Below are positions 19,405-28,893 of a stretch of 64,000 nt of DNA, one piece after another. Location of the stretch: NCBI GenBank assembly GCA_041690295.1, contig JAWLHR010000006.1, forward strand, positions 83,151 to 147,150, written 5' to 3'. Origin of the DNA: Bdellovibrionales bacterium. Lineage in GTDB: Bacteria > Bdellovibrionota > Bdellovibrionia > Bdellovibrionales > UBA1609. The number at the start of each line of letters is the position of its first letter. The stretch's first letter is position 1. Both the position numbers and the translations under genes were made by a program. Below the pieces are notes generated by a model. That model saw nothing but the letters and a program-made list of their open reading frames with translations, was not told the origin of the DNA and made no database searches.

Positions 19405-20034
19405 TTGAATTCATCTTTGGTGCTTCGAGCACTGGCGATCAGCATTGGACTTTTCGCGATGGGGCTCAGCCAGGGCTGCTCCCGCCACATACCCCCGCAG
19501 GAAGCCTGCAACTTCGTATTGAGCCCGAAACTACAGAGAGTTTCGTGGGAAAAGAGGTTACCGGTGAAACTTTTTGTCCATAACTCCGTACCCACCGAAG
19601 CTTATGCCGCCATCGATCGCGCGATTGCTGAGTATAATCAGGCTCTCGGGCGGGAAATGTTCCGGATCATCGCTCGCGGAACCAGCGGGCCCTTAACCCC
19701 GAGCCGTGACGGAAGTTCAGTGATTTATTGGTTCGAGAAATGGGATCCGGAAGAATCCACCGAGCAGGCACGCACCACGATTTATTGGAGCGGCTCACAG
19801 ATTTTTGAAACCGACATCAGGATCAACGGCAGTCTCAAATACCATTTCGACGAGAGCACGGACATCAGCGGTAAAGTGGATCTGATCTCTTTGATGGTGC
19901 ATGAACTTGGACATGCCCTGGGCCTGGCACATACCGAAGGTTATGCGAGCGTAATGAACTCTCATTTGGCCGTAAGCCAACTTCGGCGGACATTGAATAA
20001 AAGCGATCTGGAGAATTTAAGATGCGAATATTAA
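19405..20034 (+). CDS. Matrixin (M10) family zinc metalloprotease, lipoprotein
   Basis: Lipobox 'SQGC'; HELGHALGLAH; Met-turn 'SVM'; start TTG behind GAGGAGG. Confidence 0.9.
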   Translation: MNSSLVLRALAISIGLFAMGLSQGCSRHIPPQEACNFVLSPKLQRVSWEKRLPVKLFVHNSVPTEAYAAIDRAIAEYNQALGREMFRIIARGTSGPLTPSRDGSSVIYWFEKWDPEESTEQARTTIYWSGSQIFETDIRINGSLKYHFDESTDISGKVDLISLMVHELGHALGLAHTEGYASVMNSHLAVSQLRRTLNKSDLENLRCEY

Positions 20035-20152
20035 GGTCACGGTACCACTTTGGAACCGCTCCAGAAGCGGATTTTAAGGATTTAAGCAAATTTAAGTTTG
20101 TGAAATATCGCGGGCTGGCTAACATGTTTATGTCAGGAAAGAGGAGATAACT

Positions 20153-20356
20153 TTGAACACGATCAACCTGCAAACGCATGCGACTGAGGAACCGCGGGAA
20201 AGTGCGGTGAGTCGGCCCTATCCGGAGTTCCCCGGTCTCCGGAGAGACACGCGCGACGTCTTGCAACAACTGAACGCAAACTTACAGCAGCTCGAGGACA
20301 AATGCGGCCGCCTCGATTTCCTGCTCACTGAACTCAAATCGCTGATTAAAAGGTAA
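20153..20356 (+). CDS. Small coiled-coil hypothetical protein
   Basis: GAGGAG RBS before TTG; heptad pattern at the C-terminus. Confidence 0.6.
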   Translation: MNTINLQTHATEEPRESAVSRPYPEFPGLRRDTRDVLQQLNANLQQLEDKCGRLDFLLTELKSLIKR

Positions 20357-20357
20357 G

Positions 20358-21647
20358 TTATTTCAGATTTTTGTGGATGAATCGGCGGGGATTTTCGCCG
20401 ACGTAGTCCGCGACGCGATGACCCTGTCCCTGGACGATGAATTTGGTGGTCACCAGACTTTCCAATCCGGCGGGGCCACGGGCGTGAATCTTGGCCGTGC
20501 TGATTCCGACTTCGGCGCCAAGGCCGTAGCGGTAGCCGTCCGCGAATCTTGTGGACGCATTCACCATGACACTGGCGGAATCGACGGAAGCCACGAAGGC
20601 CTTTTGCGCGTCGACGTTTTCGGCGATGATCGCGTCCGTGTGCCGTGAGCCATGCTGATTGATATGAGTGATGGCCTCTCGGATATCTTTGACCAATTTG
20701 ACCGCCAGACGGTGATCACCGAACTCGGTATCGAAATCTTTTTTCTTAGCGGTGCGGGCTTTGGGCAGATATTTTTTCACGCTGGTGTCCGCGAGCATTT
20801 GAATCTCCGAGCCACCTGTTTCATTTAACGTCTGAAAAAATCGCTGAGCGATACTTCGGTCCACAAGAAGCGTTTCAATCGCGTTGCACGTCGACGGCGA
20901 TTGCAGTTTGGCATCGCGAACAAGCGTGACGGCTTTGTTGATATCGGCGGATTCATGCACGTACATGGTGCAAAGGCCTTGCGCGTGACCGAGCACGGGC
21001 GCTTTGGTTTGTTTCATCACTGAAGAAACAAGGGCGTTGGATCCGCGCGGAATCACGAGATCAATTAAGTCGTGATGTTGTAAGAGTGAACGGAATTCGT
21101 CGCGACCGCTGACGAGTTGAACCCATCCGTTCGGCAAAAACGAATGCCGCTTTCCCACCCGGTCCCATAGGTCTTTAAACGCCATGTTGGTGTGATGAGC
21201 TTCTTTGCCGCCTTTCAACACCACTGCGTTTCCGCTTTTGAGAATTAACGAAGTGATCTGCGGAATGATATCGGGTCGGGCTTCGAAAACCACAACAAGG
21301 ACGCCAAGCGGAACGGTCTTTTGCACAAGCTCCAAACCCTCGTCCAAGAGCACATGCCGAAGGATGCGTCCCGAGGGATCTTCGAGCCGGCCCACGTTTT
21401 GAACCATATCGACGATCGATGTGATTCTCGCGGGCGTCAGCTCAAGGCGATTCATCAGCACCGGACTGATCTTGCCTTTGGCGGCTTTAAGGTCCCGTTG
21501 ATTGGCTTTCAGCAGAGTTTCTTTGTTCCCTTCGATCTCGCGCGCGAAATCAGCGAGCGCCTGATTTTTGAGCTCAGTGGAAAGCTGGGCGGTGACCAGT
21601 GAAGCGGTTTTCGCGGTGGAAAGAATACGGCGCGGATTAATCTTCAT
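20358..21647 (-). CDS. proA: Gamma-glutamyl phosphate reductase
   Basis: 'PLGVLVVVFEARP', 'LKGGKEA', 'CNAIETLLV', 'VNASTRFADG', 'GAEVGIST.KIHARGP.GL'. Confidence 0.97.
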   Translation of the reverse strand: MKINPRRILSTAKTASLVTAQLSTELKNQALADFAREIEGNKETLLKANQRDLKAAKGKISPVLMNRLELTPARITSIVDMVQNVGRLEDPSGRILRHVLLDEGLELVQKTVPLGVLVVVFEARPDIIPQITSLILKSGNAVVLKGGKEAHHTNMAFKDLWDRVGKRHSFLPNGWVQLVSGRDEFRSLLQHHDLIDLVIPRGSNALVSSVMKQTKAPVLGHAQGLCTMYVHESADINKAVTLVRDAKLQSPSTCNAIETLLVDRSIAQRFFQTLNETGGSEIQMLADTSVKKYLPKARTAKKKDFDTEFGDHRLAVKLVKDIREAITHINQHGSRHTDAIIAENVDAQKAFVASVDSASVMVNASTRFADGYRYGLGAEVGISTAKIHARGPAGLESLVTTKFIVQGQGHRVADYVGENPRRFIHKNLK

Positions 21648-22500
21648 ATTTTCCAATCTTCGTCTTTTTGGCCAACTCTTTGGTTGGGTGAATGTAGGTG
21701 AAGGGCGGTGGTTGCGACGTGGTGCTGGCGCTTAAAATGTCCACCAGCACGCGGTCACGATGTCCATTGGCGATCACGGTGGGAACTTGAAAGGCGGCGG
21801 CCGTGCGCGCGGCCTCGATTTTGGATTTCACTCCACCGCGACCGTTGTTGGAGACGGAACCGATTTTCACAAGTTTCAACTGCGCCCGCTTCGTGATCAC
21901 GGGAAAATGTTCGGCCTCGGGGTTCGCCGCGGGGTTATCGGAAAACAAGCCATCCACATCGGTCAAAATGACCAAAAGGTCGGCGGCGAGTTTCGAGGCG
22001 ACAAGCGCCGAAAGCATGTCATTGTCGCCAAAGCTCATATGTCTGGACGCTTTCAACTCGTGATCGGAAACCGGATCGTTTTCGTTGATGATGGGAAGCA
22101 CATCCAAAGCCAGAAGCTTATTGAGTGTGGCGCGCAGGTTCAAAAATCGATTACGGGCGAAAAAATCCTGATTGGTGAGAAGGAGCTGGGCGATTCGCGC
22201 CGGCGGATTCTGCAGCTCCGAGAATAAGCGGTGATATTCGGCCATAAGGCGGCTTTGGCCGATGGCCGCGCAGGCTTGTTTCTCGACCAGCGTGAGCCTG
22301 GCGTTAGGGAGAACTTCCTCGCGGCCGAGGCCGACGGCGCCGCTTGAAACCAAAATGATTTCTTTTCGCTCATTTCTCAGCGCGATGATGTCCTTGACCA
22401 GCGAGCGAAGCCGGCCCTCGCTCAAGCCAAAGCGGGAAGCCACCACTTGGGTGCCGAGTTTAATGACGATGCGATGGGCGCGGCGAATGCTCTCGGTCAT
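21637..22500 (-). CDS. proB: Glutamate 5-kinase lacking a PUA domain
   Basis: 'IVIKLGT', 'VSSGAVGLG', 'KQACAAIGQ', 'INEND', 'FGDNDMLSA'. Confidence 0.96.
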   Translation of the reverse strand: MTESIRRAHRIVIKLGTQVVASRFGLSEGRLRSLVKDIIALRNERKEIILVSSGAVGLGREEVLPNARLTLVEKQACAAIGQSRLMAEYHRLFSELQNPPARIAQLLLTNQDFFARNRFLNLRATLNKLLALDVLPIINENDPVSDHELKASRHMSFGDNDMLSALVASKLAADLLVILTDVDGLFSDNPAANPEAEHFPVITKRAQLKLVKIGSVSNNGRGGVKSKIEAARTAAAFQVPTVIANGHRDRVLVDILSASTTSQPPPFTYIHPTKELAKKTKIGKYED

Positions 22501-24038
22501 GCTTTAGGTATTTTCAAAGTGAGGACGCCATTGTTCCATTCACGTTCCACGAGTTTTTCGTGGACGGGCCGTGAGAGCGGAATTTCCTGGCGGAATGTCT
22601 GATAGTTGCTGGTCGCGATACGGCCATTCGGGTCACTCACATCATCTTTGAAATGCCGGCTGCCCTGGATGATGGCTTTGTTGTCCTGAACGAAAAGTCG
22701 GACATTGTCCTTTTCATGCTCCGGCACCGTCGCCTGGATAATAAAGTGATTGGCGGTTTCGCTGACTTGAGCCTTGGCCTGATTCAACCGGTAAAACGGA
22801 TCGGATTGGCGGTCGCGGTATTTGCCAATGTCGTTCAGAATTTCGCGTTTTTCATGCTCCAGAGATTGGACAAGGTTCAAACGTTGAAGCTCAAGGGATT
22901 TCGCGAAGGCTTCTTGGGCCTTGGCTTGCTGCTCGAGGTATTCCTGCTGGCGTTTGATCAAAGCTTCTTTATAAAAAATTTCGTTCCGTTGCGCTTCGGC
23001 CTGATATTTTTTGTGCAGGTCCATCATTTCTTTCTGGTGACGGGCCTGGAGATCTTTGATTTCTTTTTCACTTTGTTCTTTGAACGCGTTGGTTTTAAAC
23101 GCGTGCTCGGATTTTTGATCGTTCAGCGCCTTGTCTCCGAGTTTATGTTGTTGGGCGAGTTCTTTGGCGTAAAACTCCCGGGTCTCGTTGACGGCTTTGA
23201 TTCCCTTTTCGCGCTCCTGCTCGATCTGCTCACGCGAAGTGTTTTGCGTGAACATGATCTTTTCTTCGGCCCGTTTCTTCTCTTGCTCTAAAGCGGCTTG
23301 GGCTTCTTTTTTCATCGCCGTCTGGCGGGCCAAAAACTCCTGCCGTTCGCCTTCGATTTGTTTTTGATTGGTGGCTCTTTGATCATTGAGCTGAGCCCGG
23401 CTCCACTCGCTCATTTGCTGATAGGTTTTCTGATTTTCAGCCTTAAGGCTTTCGGTTTTGGCCTTGTGTTCCTCTTGCATCGCACGCAGTTCTTCGGCGT
23501 GTTTGCGCTGAACGTCCATTTGTTCCTGGCGGAACCTCTCGCTGGTTCTTCGCATTTGTGCGACGGCCTTTTGTTCAAGGTCCTCGCGGGCTTTCATGTA
23601 CTCGCGGTGCAGGGCCTGGGTGCGTTCCGATTCCTGGCGGCGGAGTTCGGCTTCGCGCTCTTGCATTTTCTTGGTGGCGTTTTCCATCGCATTGAGTTTG
23701 TGCTCGATGGATTGCTGGATGGATTTTATCTTTTGTTCGCCCGCTGATTTCTCATTTTCAACGCGTTTGGCGGCCGCCTGGCGTTCGTACGTGACCCGTT
23801 TGTCGGTGTTGTCCTTGAGTTGTTGAAGCCTCTGGGCGTTTTCCTCGCGGATGTGGTTGATCGCGGCGGCGCTGTTGCGGTTTTCGGTTTTCAGTTTGTC
23901 CCTGGATTCTTTGCGGGTGCGTTCGAGTTCCTGCTCACCCTCTTCTTTGATTTCCTGTTTCTTCTTGCGATAAGACTCATGCAGGTCACGCAATTCTTGC
24001 GCGAGTCTCGCGCGCTCGGAGTTGACCTCTGCCGCCAT
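22497..24038 (-). CDS. Long coiled-coil protein with C-terminal Hsp20/alpha-crystallin domain
   Basis: About 400 aa E/K/Q/R heptads, then '...ETANHFIIQATVP...FRQEIPL...NNGVLTLKIPKA'; ATG 24038 behind AGGGGG. Confidence 0.8.
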   Translation of the reverse strand: MAAEVNSERARLAQELRDLHESYRKKKQEIKEEGEQELERTRKESRDKLKTENRNSAAAINHIREENAQRLQQLKDNTDKRVTYERQAAAKRVENEKSAGEQKIKSIQQSIEHKLNAMENATKKMQEREAELRRQESERTQALHREYMKAREDLEQKAVAQMRRTSERFRQEQMDVQRKHAEELRAMQEEHKAKTESLKAENQKTYQQMSEWSRAQLNDQRATNQKQIEGERQEFLARQTAMKKEAQAALEQEKKRAEEKIMFTQNTSREQIEQEREKGIKAVNETREFYAKELAQQHKLGDKALNDQKSEHAFKTNAFKEQSEKEIKDLQARHQKEMMDLHKKYQAEAQRNEIFYKEALIKRQQEYLEQQAKAQEAFAKSLELQRLNLVQSLEHEKREILNDIGKYRDRQSDPFYRLNQAKAQVSETANHFIIQATVPEHEKDNVRLFVQDNKAIIQGSRHFKDDVSDPNGRIATSNYQTFRQEIPLSRPVHEKLVEREWNNGVLTLKIPKA

Positions 24039-24076
24039 GGCCTCTTTCCCCCTGATAGGCCATTTCAGATTATCAC

Positions 24077-24370
24077 TTATTTCGGTGTTTCCTGGTCCAG
24101 AGATGGCGGCGGGCTCGACTGTGGACTGACCTCTTCCGGCCGCGGACAGATGGGTTTGTAAGACGTGTTTCCCCGGCAGCGCCAAGTGGCTCTGTAGGTG
24201 ACGGTTTCGGTGCTCTTGACCGGATGATAGCCCCGGTATTGGTTCGGGTCCAAGGTCGAGATGACGGTGCGTTCCTCACCGGTCTCGGAGTCGGTGATCA
24301 CCAGCTCGAAAGCCCGGTACTCACCCCAGGTGAGAAGGGGAAAGAGGATCAGCCAAATGCGCATGATCAC
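24077..24370 (-). CDS. Small secreted hypothetical protein
   Basis: Signal-like N-terminus, two Cys; sigma28-like TTAA-N15-TCCGATAA at 24371-24397. Confidence 0.65.
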   Translation of the reverse strand: MIMRIWLILFPLLTWGEYRAFELVITDSETGEERTVISTLDPNQYRGYHPVKSTETVTYRATWRCRGNTSYKPICPRPEEVSPQSSPPPSLDQETPK

Positions 24371-24393
24371 TTATCGGAGGCGGGAGCGTCCAA

Positions 24394-24904
24394 TTAAGAG
24401 GCTTCATTTGTCGGAGGTTTAAAAGCGACCACGCTGATCGCGCCCAAATGTTTGGCGTACTTGCGGAACACGGATCTCATTTTAAGAACCCGGCGGCGGG
24501 CGGTGGGATTGAATAAGAAAAAAACCATCATGCGGATCGTGCCTAATAGTCCCTCGTCGTCCGTATCGGCCGTTATCCCGCAAAATGCGATGGGCTTCGC
24601 GGAGAATTTCCTTCTTCTTTTCCTCCGGCTGCATGGTTAAAAAGGCTTCGCCAAAAACCACCGTGGCCGATCCATCGTCAAGTCCCGTCGCTTCGGCGGA
24701 GCGGTTAAAAACGACATAGTCGGTGTCGCCAAGAATCTGTCGCACGGTTGAACCCGCTTTGGGATCTCGCTCGATGGCCGTATATGAGGCCGGTTGCGTG
24801 AGTCGCAAAATTTCGGCTGTTCTTCCCACCCCTGGCGCCAGTTCCACAACATGATCGGAGGAATCGATCTTCAAGGCTCCGATCATCCATGCGTTGTCCG
24901 GCAA
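24394..24904 (-). pseudogene. Disrupted class I SAM-dependent methyltransferase
   Basis: Frame 1 has 'VVELAPGVGRTA...VFGEAFLTMQ...EAHRILRDNGRYG'. A different frame carries a family-like C-terminus 'DDEGLLGTIR...ARRRVLKMRSVFRKY...ISVVAFKP' to TAA 24394. Confidence 0.7.
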
Positions 24905-24916
24905 TAAGTTCCACGA

Positions 24917-25483
24917 TCACCTCCTGAAAATTTCAAGTTGAACCGACTCCGCCTTACGTTCGATTTCATAGGAGAATCCGCGTTCCGTAAGAATCGGAAG
25001 TAAGAATTCAGGGACACGCCGGTTCAATTGACGAAGTCTCGTATCGGCCGGAAGTTTTTCCACCACGGCGAGCGTCAGTTCCATGGGCTCAGGTGGAGCC
25101 AGATCGCGAACATCGAGAACCCAAACTCCCTTGTCGGTCGCGAGTCTGTGCCCCAGTTCTGGAAAGACATTTTTCAGTTCCTGAGTCACGGAGGCGGGTG
25201 GCTCGCCCGGCGCGGCTTTTTGATAAAACCAGATAATCCAATCGTCGCCTTCCCCATGCTCAACCCAATGCGACCATCCTTTCGCGCCCAGGACCCGAAA
25301 CAAGGGCTTTGGTTCGAATGTCGCCCTCAACCGCATGGCCCCATCGGGCGATGTCCGTCCAATCGTTTCCATGATCTGCGAGAAGGGTTCGCCGCCGCTC
25401 TTGAGGATCGGGCGGACATCGAGGTCTTGAACTTTGTCGGACTTAATCGCTCTAACTTCTTCAGGAGCGTTTTTGAGATTCAT
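24917..25483 (-). CDS. Tandem DUF2249 domain protein
   Basis: 'LDVRPILKSGGEPFSQI...FEPKPL' and 'LDVRDLAPPEPM...RVPEFL'. Confidence 0.85.
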   Translation of the reverse strand: MNLKNAPEEVRAIKSDKVQDLDVRPILKSGGEPFSQIMETIGRTSPDGAMRLRATFEPKPLFRVLGAKGWSHWVEHGEGDDWIIWFYQKAAPGEPPASVTQELKNVFPELGHRLATDKGVWVLDVRDLAPPEPMELTLAVVEKLPADTRLRQLNRRVPEFLLPILTERGFSYEIERKAESVQLEIFRR

Positions 25484-25770
25484 AAATCACCTGCTTCCCG
25501 GTTAATCATGTCGGGCGACCAAGGCGGCCACCAGACGATTTCCACTTCGACTTTTTTAATCTCTTGATTCTCCGCGAGAACGCGGTTCACTTCGTTCGTC
25601 ATGTATTCCTCCATCGGGCAACCTGGAGTTGTGAGTGTCATTTCGACGTGAACGTTTCCATTTTCGCACTTGACCCCGTAGACGAGCCCCATATCGACAA
25701 TGTTCAATCCCACTTCCGGATCGATGACTTCCTTGAGCTTTTCTCGAATGGCATCTTCTGAAAGCGTCAT
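25480..25770 (-). CDS. DUF59 / SufT-like metal-sulfur cluster assembly factor
   Basis: 'VIDPEVGLNIVDMGLVY...MTLTTPGCP...PPWSPDM'; ATG 25770 overlaps the upstream TGA. Confidence 0.92.
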   Translation of the reverse strand: MTLSEDAIREKLKEVIDPEVGLNIVDMGLVYGVKCENGNVHVEMTLTTPGCPMEEYMTNEVNRVLAENQEIKKVEVEIVWWPPWSPDMINREAGDL

Positions 25771-27035
25771 GTCTGAACCTCCATTGGCTTGAAAGCGGGG
25801 GAGGAAGAGAAACTTCGTCGAAGGAAAGGCACCTGCGCGGCCCCGCAGAGCCAAGCGGCCAGCAGAGCGCACGACCCCATGTGGAGAATCACAGTGTTTC
25901 CCATCCCCAGTCCGACGGCCCATAGAGCGGTTCCGCCCGTGCCCAGTGCCGCCGTGGCGAAACTTAATCTTTCATCAAGCAGATCTTTAACTCTGGGGAC
26001 CCGCCCTCGACCGAGGCCACTTGAAAAACGCACAAACCAAACCAAAAAAGGGATTACGCGATGATAAATTCCAAGGGTGAACAGCATGAGCCAACCGAGG
26101 AGCAGAAGGCCGACAAAAACCGGCGAGTTTCGCCATAAAAATAAGACGGCCCACGCGATCGGCAAAAACGCCGTCGCGAAAACGGCCAGCAGAAGACCGG
26201 CATCCCGTTCGCGCCGCATGCGCGCCAAGATATAGAGAGTGACTTGCACGCACCAGAGGGCTGAAACAACCGCGGCCGCCGTCCATCCAACGCGCGTCCA
26301 GGGATCGGGAAAGAAAGCGCTCAACAGACCGGCAAAGGGAATCACTGCCCATACGGGCAGAGCGATGCGGATGGGCCACTGGGGTGTTTTGTTTGAAAGA
26401 GCGAACATGGGAATCAAATGCGATCCCACACCGGCAATCATGGCTCCAACCCAACCGAAAACGGCGATGAGAATATGGGCGCTGAAATAGCCAGGGGGCA
26501 GAGCGATCGGGTGAATCCCCATTTTGACTACGGCCGCGCAGGCGCCAAGTCCCCAGATGGACCAAAGGGAAACAAGGGCGATGACCGTATAGCAGCGGGT
26601 GAGCTGTCCGCGGCGCGCGGACCACAGAGCCGGTATCAATTGAATCGAGAACAAAGTGATTCCCGCACCAAGCGCGAAAGCTCCGGAAACCACGAAGGCT
26701 TTCAGGTTAAAGGCGAACCCGATGGGAAAAAGAAGAGAGCCAAGCGTCCATAAACCGAGAACCCAAAACGCGAGATTCTTTCCGAATGGTTTGGATCCCA
26801 GAGCGACGCCGATGAACACTTGCAGCGCACCGAAAATGGAAAGGGTCAGCCATCCGAGCGTGATGAAATGAAGTCCGCCCACCACACGCGGAGACGAAAT
26901 GAGGCCTGAAGCAAGAAGGGGAGTGTTCATCGCCAGTGCAATCACCCCCAGCGCTAGAAATACGAATGCGGTCCCAAAATACTTCAGGGCGCACCTCGCA
27001 CTTCCGCTTTCCGGGGGCTTAAATCCTGGTATCAT
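25767..27035 (-). CDS. Multi-pass membrane protein with conserved TM His residues (NnrS/heme-copper-oxidase-like repeat)
   Basis: About 12 TM segments; 'HFITLGW', 'AHILIAVFGW', 'HLIPMF', 'HRVIPFLVW...VPRVKDL'. Confidence 0.75.
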   Translation of the reverse strand: MIPGFKPPESGSARCALKYFGTAFVFLALGVIALAMNTPLLASGLISSPRVVGGLHFITLGWLTLSIFGALQVFIGVALGSKPFGKNLAFWVLGLWTLGSLLFPIGFAFNLKAFVVSGAFALGAGITLFSIQLIPALWSARRGQLTRCYTVIALVSLWSIWGLGACAAVVKMGIHPIALPPGYFSAHILIAVFGWVGAMIAGVGSHLIPMFALSNKTPQWPIRIALPVWAVIPFAGLLSAFFPDPWTRVGWTAAAVVSALWCVQVTLYILARMRRERDAGLLLAVFATAFLPIAWAVLFLWRNSPVFVGLLLLGWLMLFTLGIYHRVIPFLVWFVRFSSGLGRGRVPRVKDLLDERLSFATAALGTGGTALWAVGLGMGNTVILHMGSCALLAAWLCGAAQVPFLRRSFSSSPAFKPMEVQT

Positions 27036-27274
27036 TTCTTACGTCTCACCTTGACCTCCCAAGTTTCCGGCCCGTTTTCGAGGTAATCGAACGTGAATGC
27101 ATCCTCACCATGATCCACGACGAGCGTGTAGTACATGCACTTGGGATCGTGATCGACTTTCAAAAAGAGTTCGTCATCGATTTGCAGCGAGTTCCACGCA
27201 CCAAGAATCGCTTCAAGCCGATCTTTGGGTGCGATGGGGCGCACATCAAGGACGAGTTTATTTGCCGGGGACAT
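27032..27274 (-). CDS. DUF2249 domain protein
   Basis: MSPANKLVLDVRPIAP...VDHDPK...YLENGPETWEV; start re-assigned to ATG 27274. Confidence 0.85.
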   Translation of the reverse strand: MSPANKLVLDVRPIAPKDRLEAILGAWNSLQIDDELFLKVDHDPKCMYYTLVVDHGEDAFTFDYLENGPETWEVKVRRKK

Positions 27275-27278
27275 GGGC

Positions 27279-27521
27279 TCACCCGATCTTCGTGAGACGC
27301 ACTTTCCACCACTCAGGACCCTGTTCCAGATACTCCCAAGAGAATAGGTTACGGCGTTCGAAATCAAATTGATGGCGAAGCGGCCGCGGATCGTGATCAT
27401 TGATCAAAACGAAGGATTCACCTTTTTTTAGATCGTCGAACGTGCGAAAGATGGTCGGGTGTTTTTCGCGGGGTGCGATCAATGTCACATTTAATTCTTT
27501 CTCTGTGCTCATAGGGCTCAT
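27279..27521 (-). CDS. DUF2249 domain protein
   Basis: 'PREKHPTIF..FD.L..GESFVLINDHDPRPL..QF...FSWEYLEQGPEWWKV'. Confidence 0.92.
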   Translation of the reverse strand: MSPMSTEKELNVTLIAPREKHPTIFRTFDDLKKGESFVLINDHDPRPLRHQFDFERRNLFSWEYLEQGPEWWKVRLTKIG

Positions 27522-27584
27522 CCTTTCTCATGAATAGATTTTGGTGACCTCACGCGAGCACTTTAGTCCTTATTTCGCGGAATT

Positions 27585-27602
27585 CTTTGCGCTGGCGCAA
27601 AG
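27585..27602. promoter_or_regulatory. NnrR-type Crp/Fnr binding site
   Basis: CTTTGCG-CTGG-CGCAAAG palindrome in the divergent intergenic region. Confidence 0.8.
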
Positions 27603-27692
27603 TGCGCCCAGGCCGCTCGCGGCTGCAGTGCGTTCCGACGCAAGATGTAACTCAACAATGAACCAATTCTGCGCTAGGTTGTCCGCGAAACC

Positions 27693-28400
27693 ATGGCCAA
27701 AATCAGCGCGAGTGAAGCGAAGATCATCGAGGCTGCACCCCTTTTTCGGGACCTCACCCGGCAACAGATCGATGACATCGTGGCCGCGGCCAATCTTCTA
27801 AAAATAAAAAAAAATGGAATTCTCTTTCATCAATCGGATCCGGCGCATTCCACGTTCGTTATTATTAATGGCCGAGTGAAATTAACTCAGCTCACGGCCG
27901 ATGGCGCGCAGACGCTTCTTCGCGTGGTTGGACCGGGTCAGATTCTGGCCGTCGTGTCGGCGCTCGAGGTGATGAACTATCCGGCGACCGCCACAGCCGA
28001 ACGTGACAGCCGTTTATTGAGTTGGGACGGGAAAACTCTTGATCGGCTTTTTTTTAAACATCCAGGGTTAAGTCGCAATGCCCTTGCAATTTTGTCGGCG
28101 CGCATGCGCGAAATGCAGGAACGGTTCGGAGAACTGGCTTCGCAGCGGACAGAGCGGCGTTTGGCCCGTGCTCTTCTTCGCCTGGCCGACCAGGTCGGAA
28201 AAAAGGAATCCGACGGTGTTGTTCTTGATATGGCTCTTTCACGCCAGGACTTGGCCGAAATGATCGGGACCACTCTCTTTTCGGTCAGTCGCATTTTGAC
28301 CGACTGGCAAGCTCGCAAGCTGGTGAACATTGGACGGCGGAAAGTCATTTTGCGCGATCCGGAGAGGCTTGCTCATATCGCTGAAGAACTCGCCCACTAG
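27693..28400 (+). CDS. Crp/Fnr family transcriptional regulator, NnrR-like
   Basis: cNMP-binding fold plus HTH 'LSRQDLAEMIGTTLFSVSRIL'; no FNR Cys cluster. Confidence 0.9.
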   Translation: MAKISASEAKIIEAAPLFRDLTRQQIDDIVAAANLLKIKKNGILFHQSDPAHSTFVIINGRVKLTQLTADGAQTLLRVVGPGQILAVVSALEVMNYPATATAERDSRLLSWDGKTLDRLFFKHPGLSRNALAILSARMREMQERFGELASQRTERRLARALLRLADQVGKKESDGVVLDMALSRQDLAEMIGTTLFSVSRILTDWQARKLVNIGRRKVILRDPERLAHIAEELAH

Positions 28401-28476
28401 GCTGCGGCGAGACGGCAAACTCAACTTGCAAGGCGGACGGAAGTCGACTATCCCCCTTGGGACAAAGGGGGAGTTT

Positions 28477-28893
28477 ATGAAATTTAAGCACTTGTTTTTA
28501 AGCGCGCTCTTGGCCGGGGGTTGCTACGCTTCGGCGGATTTCCAGTCGATTTCCCAAGACTTGGTGGATATCGCTGATGTGGCTTCAAACGTATTTTATG
28601 TGAAGCACGTGAAAGCTGGAAAATATGCCTACAAAGTGGTGTCGATGGATACGCGATTGAACGGCGATCTTTCCGACACCGTCATGGTGTTGGTTGGGGA
28701 AAACGGTGTCGGCGGCGCGGCCGGTTATGAGGCGGCTTTCCATTTGCCCGTCACCGAAGCGCGAAACAGCTTGGTGGGTGTGCGCCGGGTGAAAAACAAA
28801 GTTGAACTCACGTTCAGCGATCTTTCGGGAAAGAAGTCCAAGCTTCTCGTCCGCTACGATCGCGAAAGCAAAACTTTGATCGAAGATAACTAG
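28477..28893 (+). CDS. Hypothetical secreted protein
   Basis: GGGGGAG RBS; signal peptide ending ASA-D. Confidence 0.75.
   Translation: MKFKHLFLSALLAGGCYASADFQSISQDLVDIADVASNVFYVKHVKAGKYAYKVVSMDTRLNGDLSDTVMVLVGENGVGGAAGYEAAFHLPVTEARNSLVGVRRVKNKVELTFSDLSGKKSKLLVRYDRESKTLIEDN

Noticed and set aside
24039..24185. Extended N-terminus of the Hsp20 coiled-coil protein
   Set aside because: Overlaps the upstream gene; a good RBS precedes ATG 24038.
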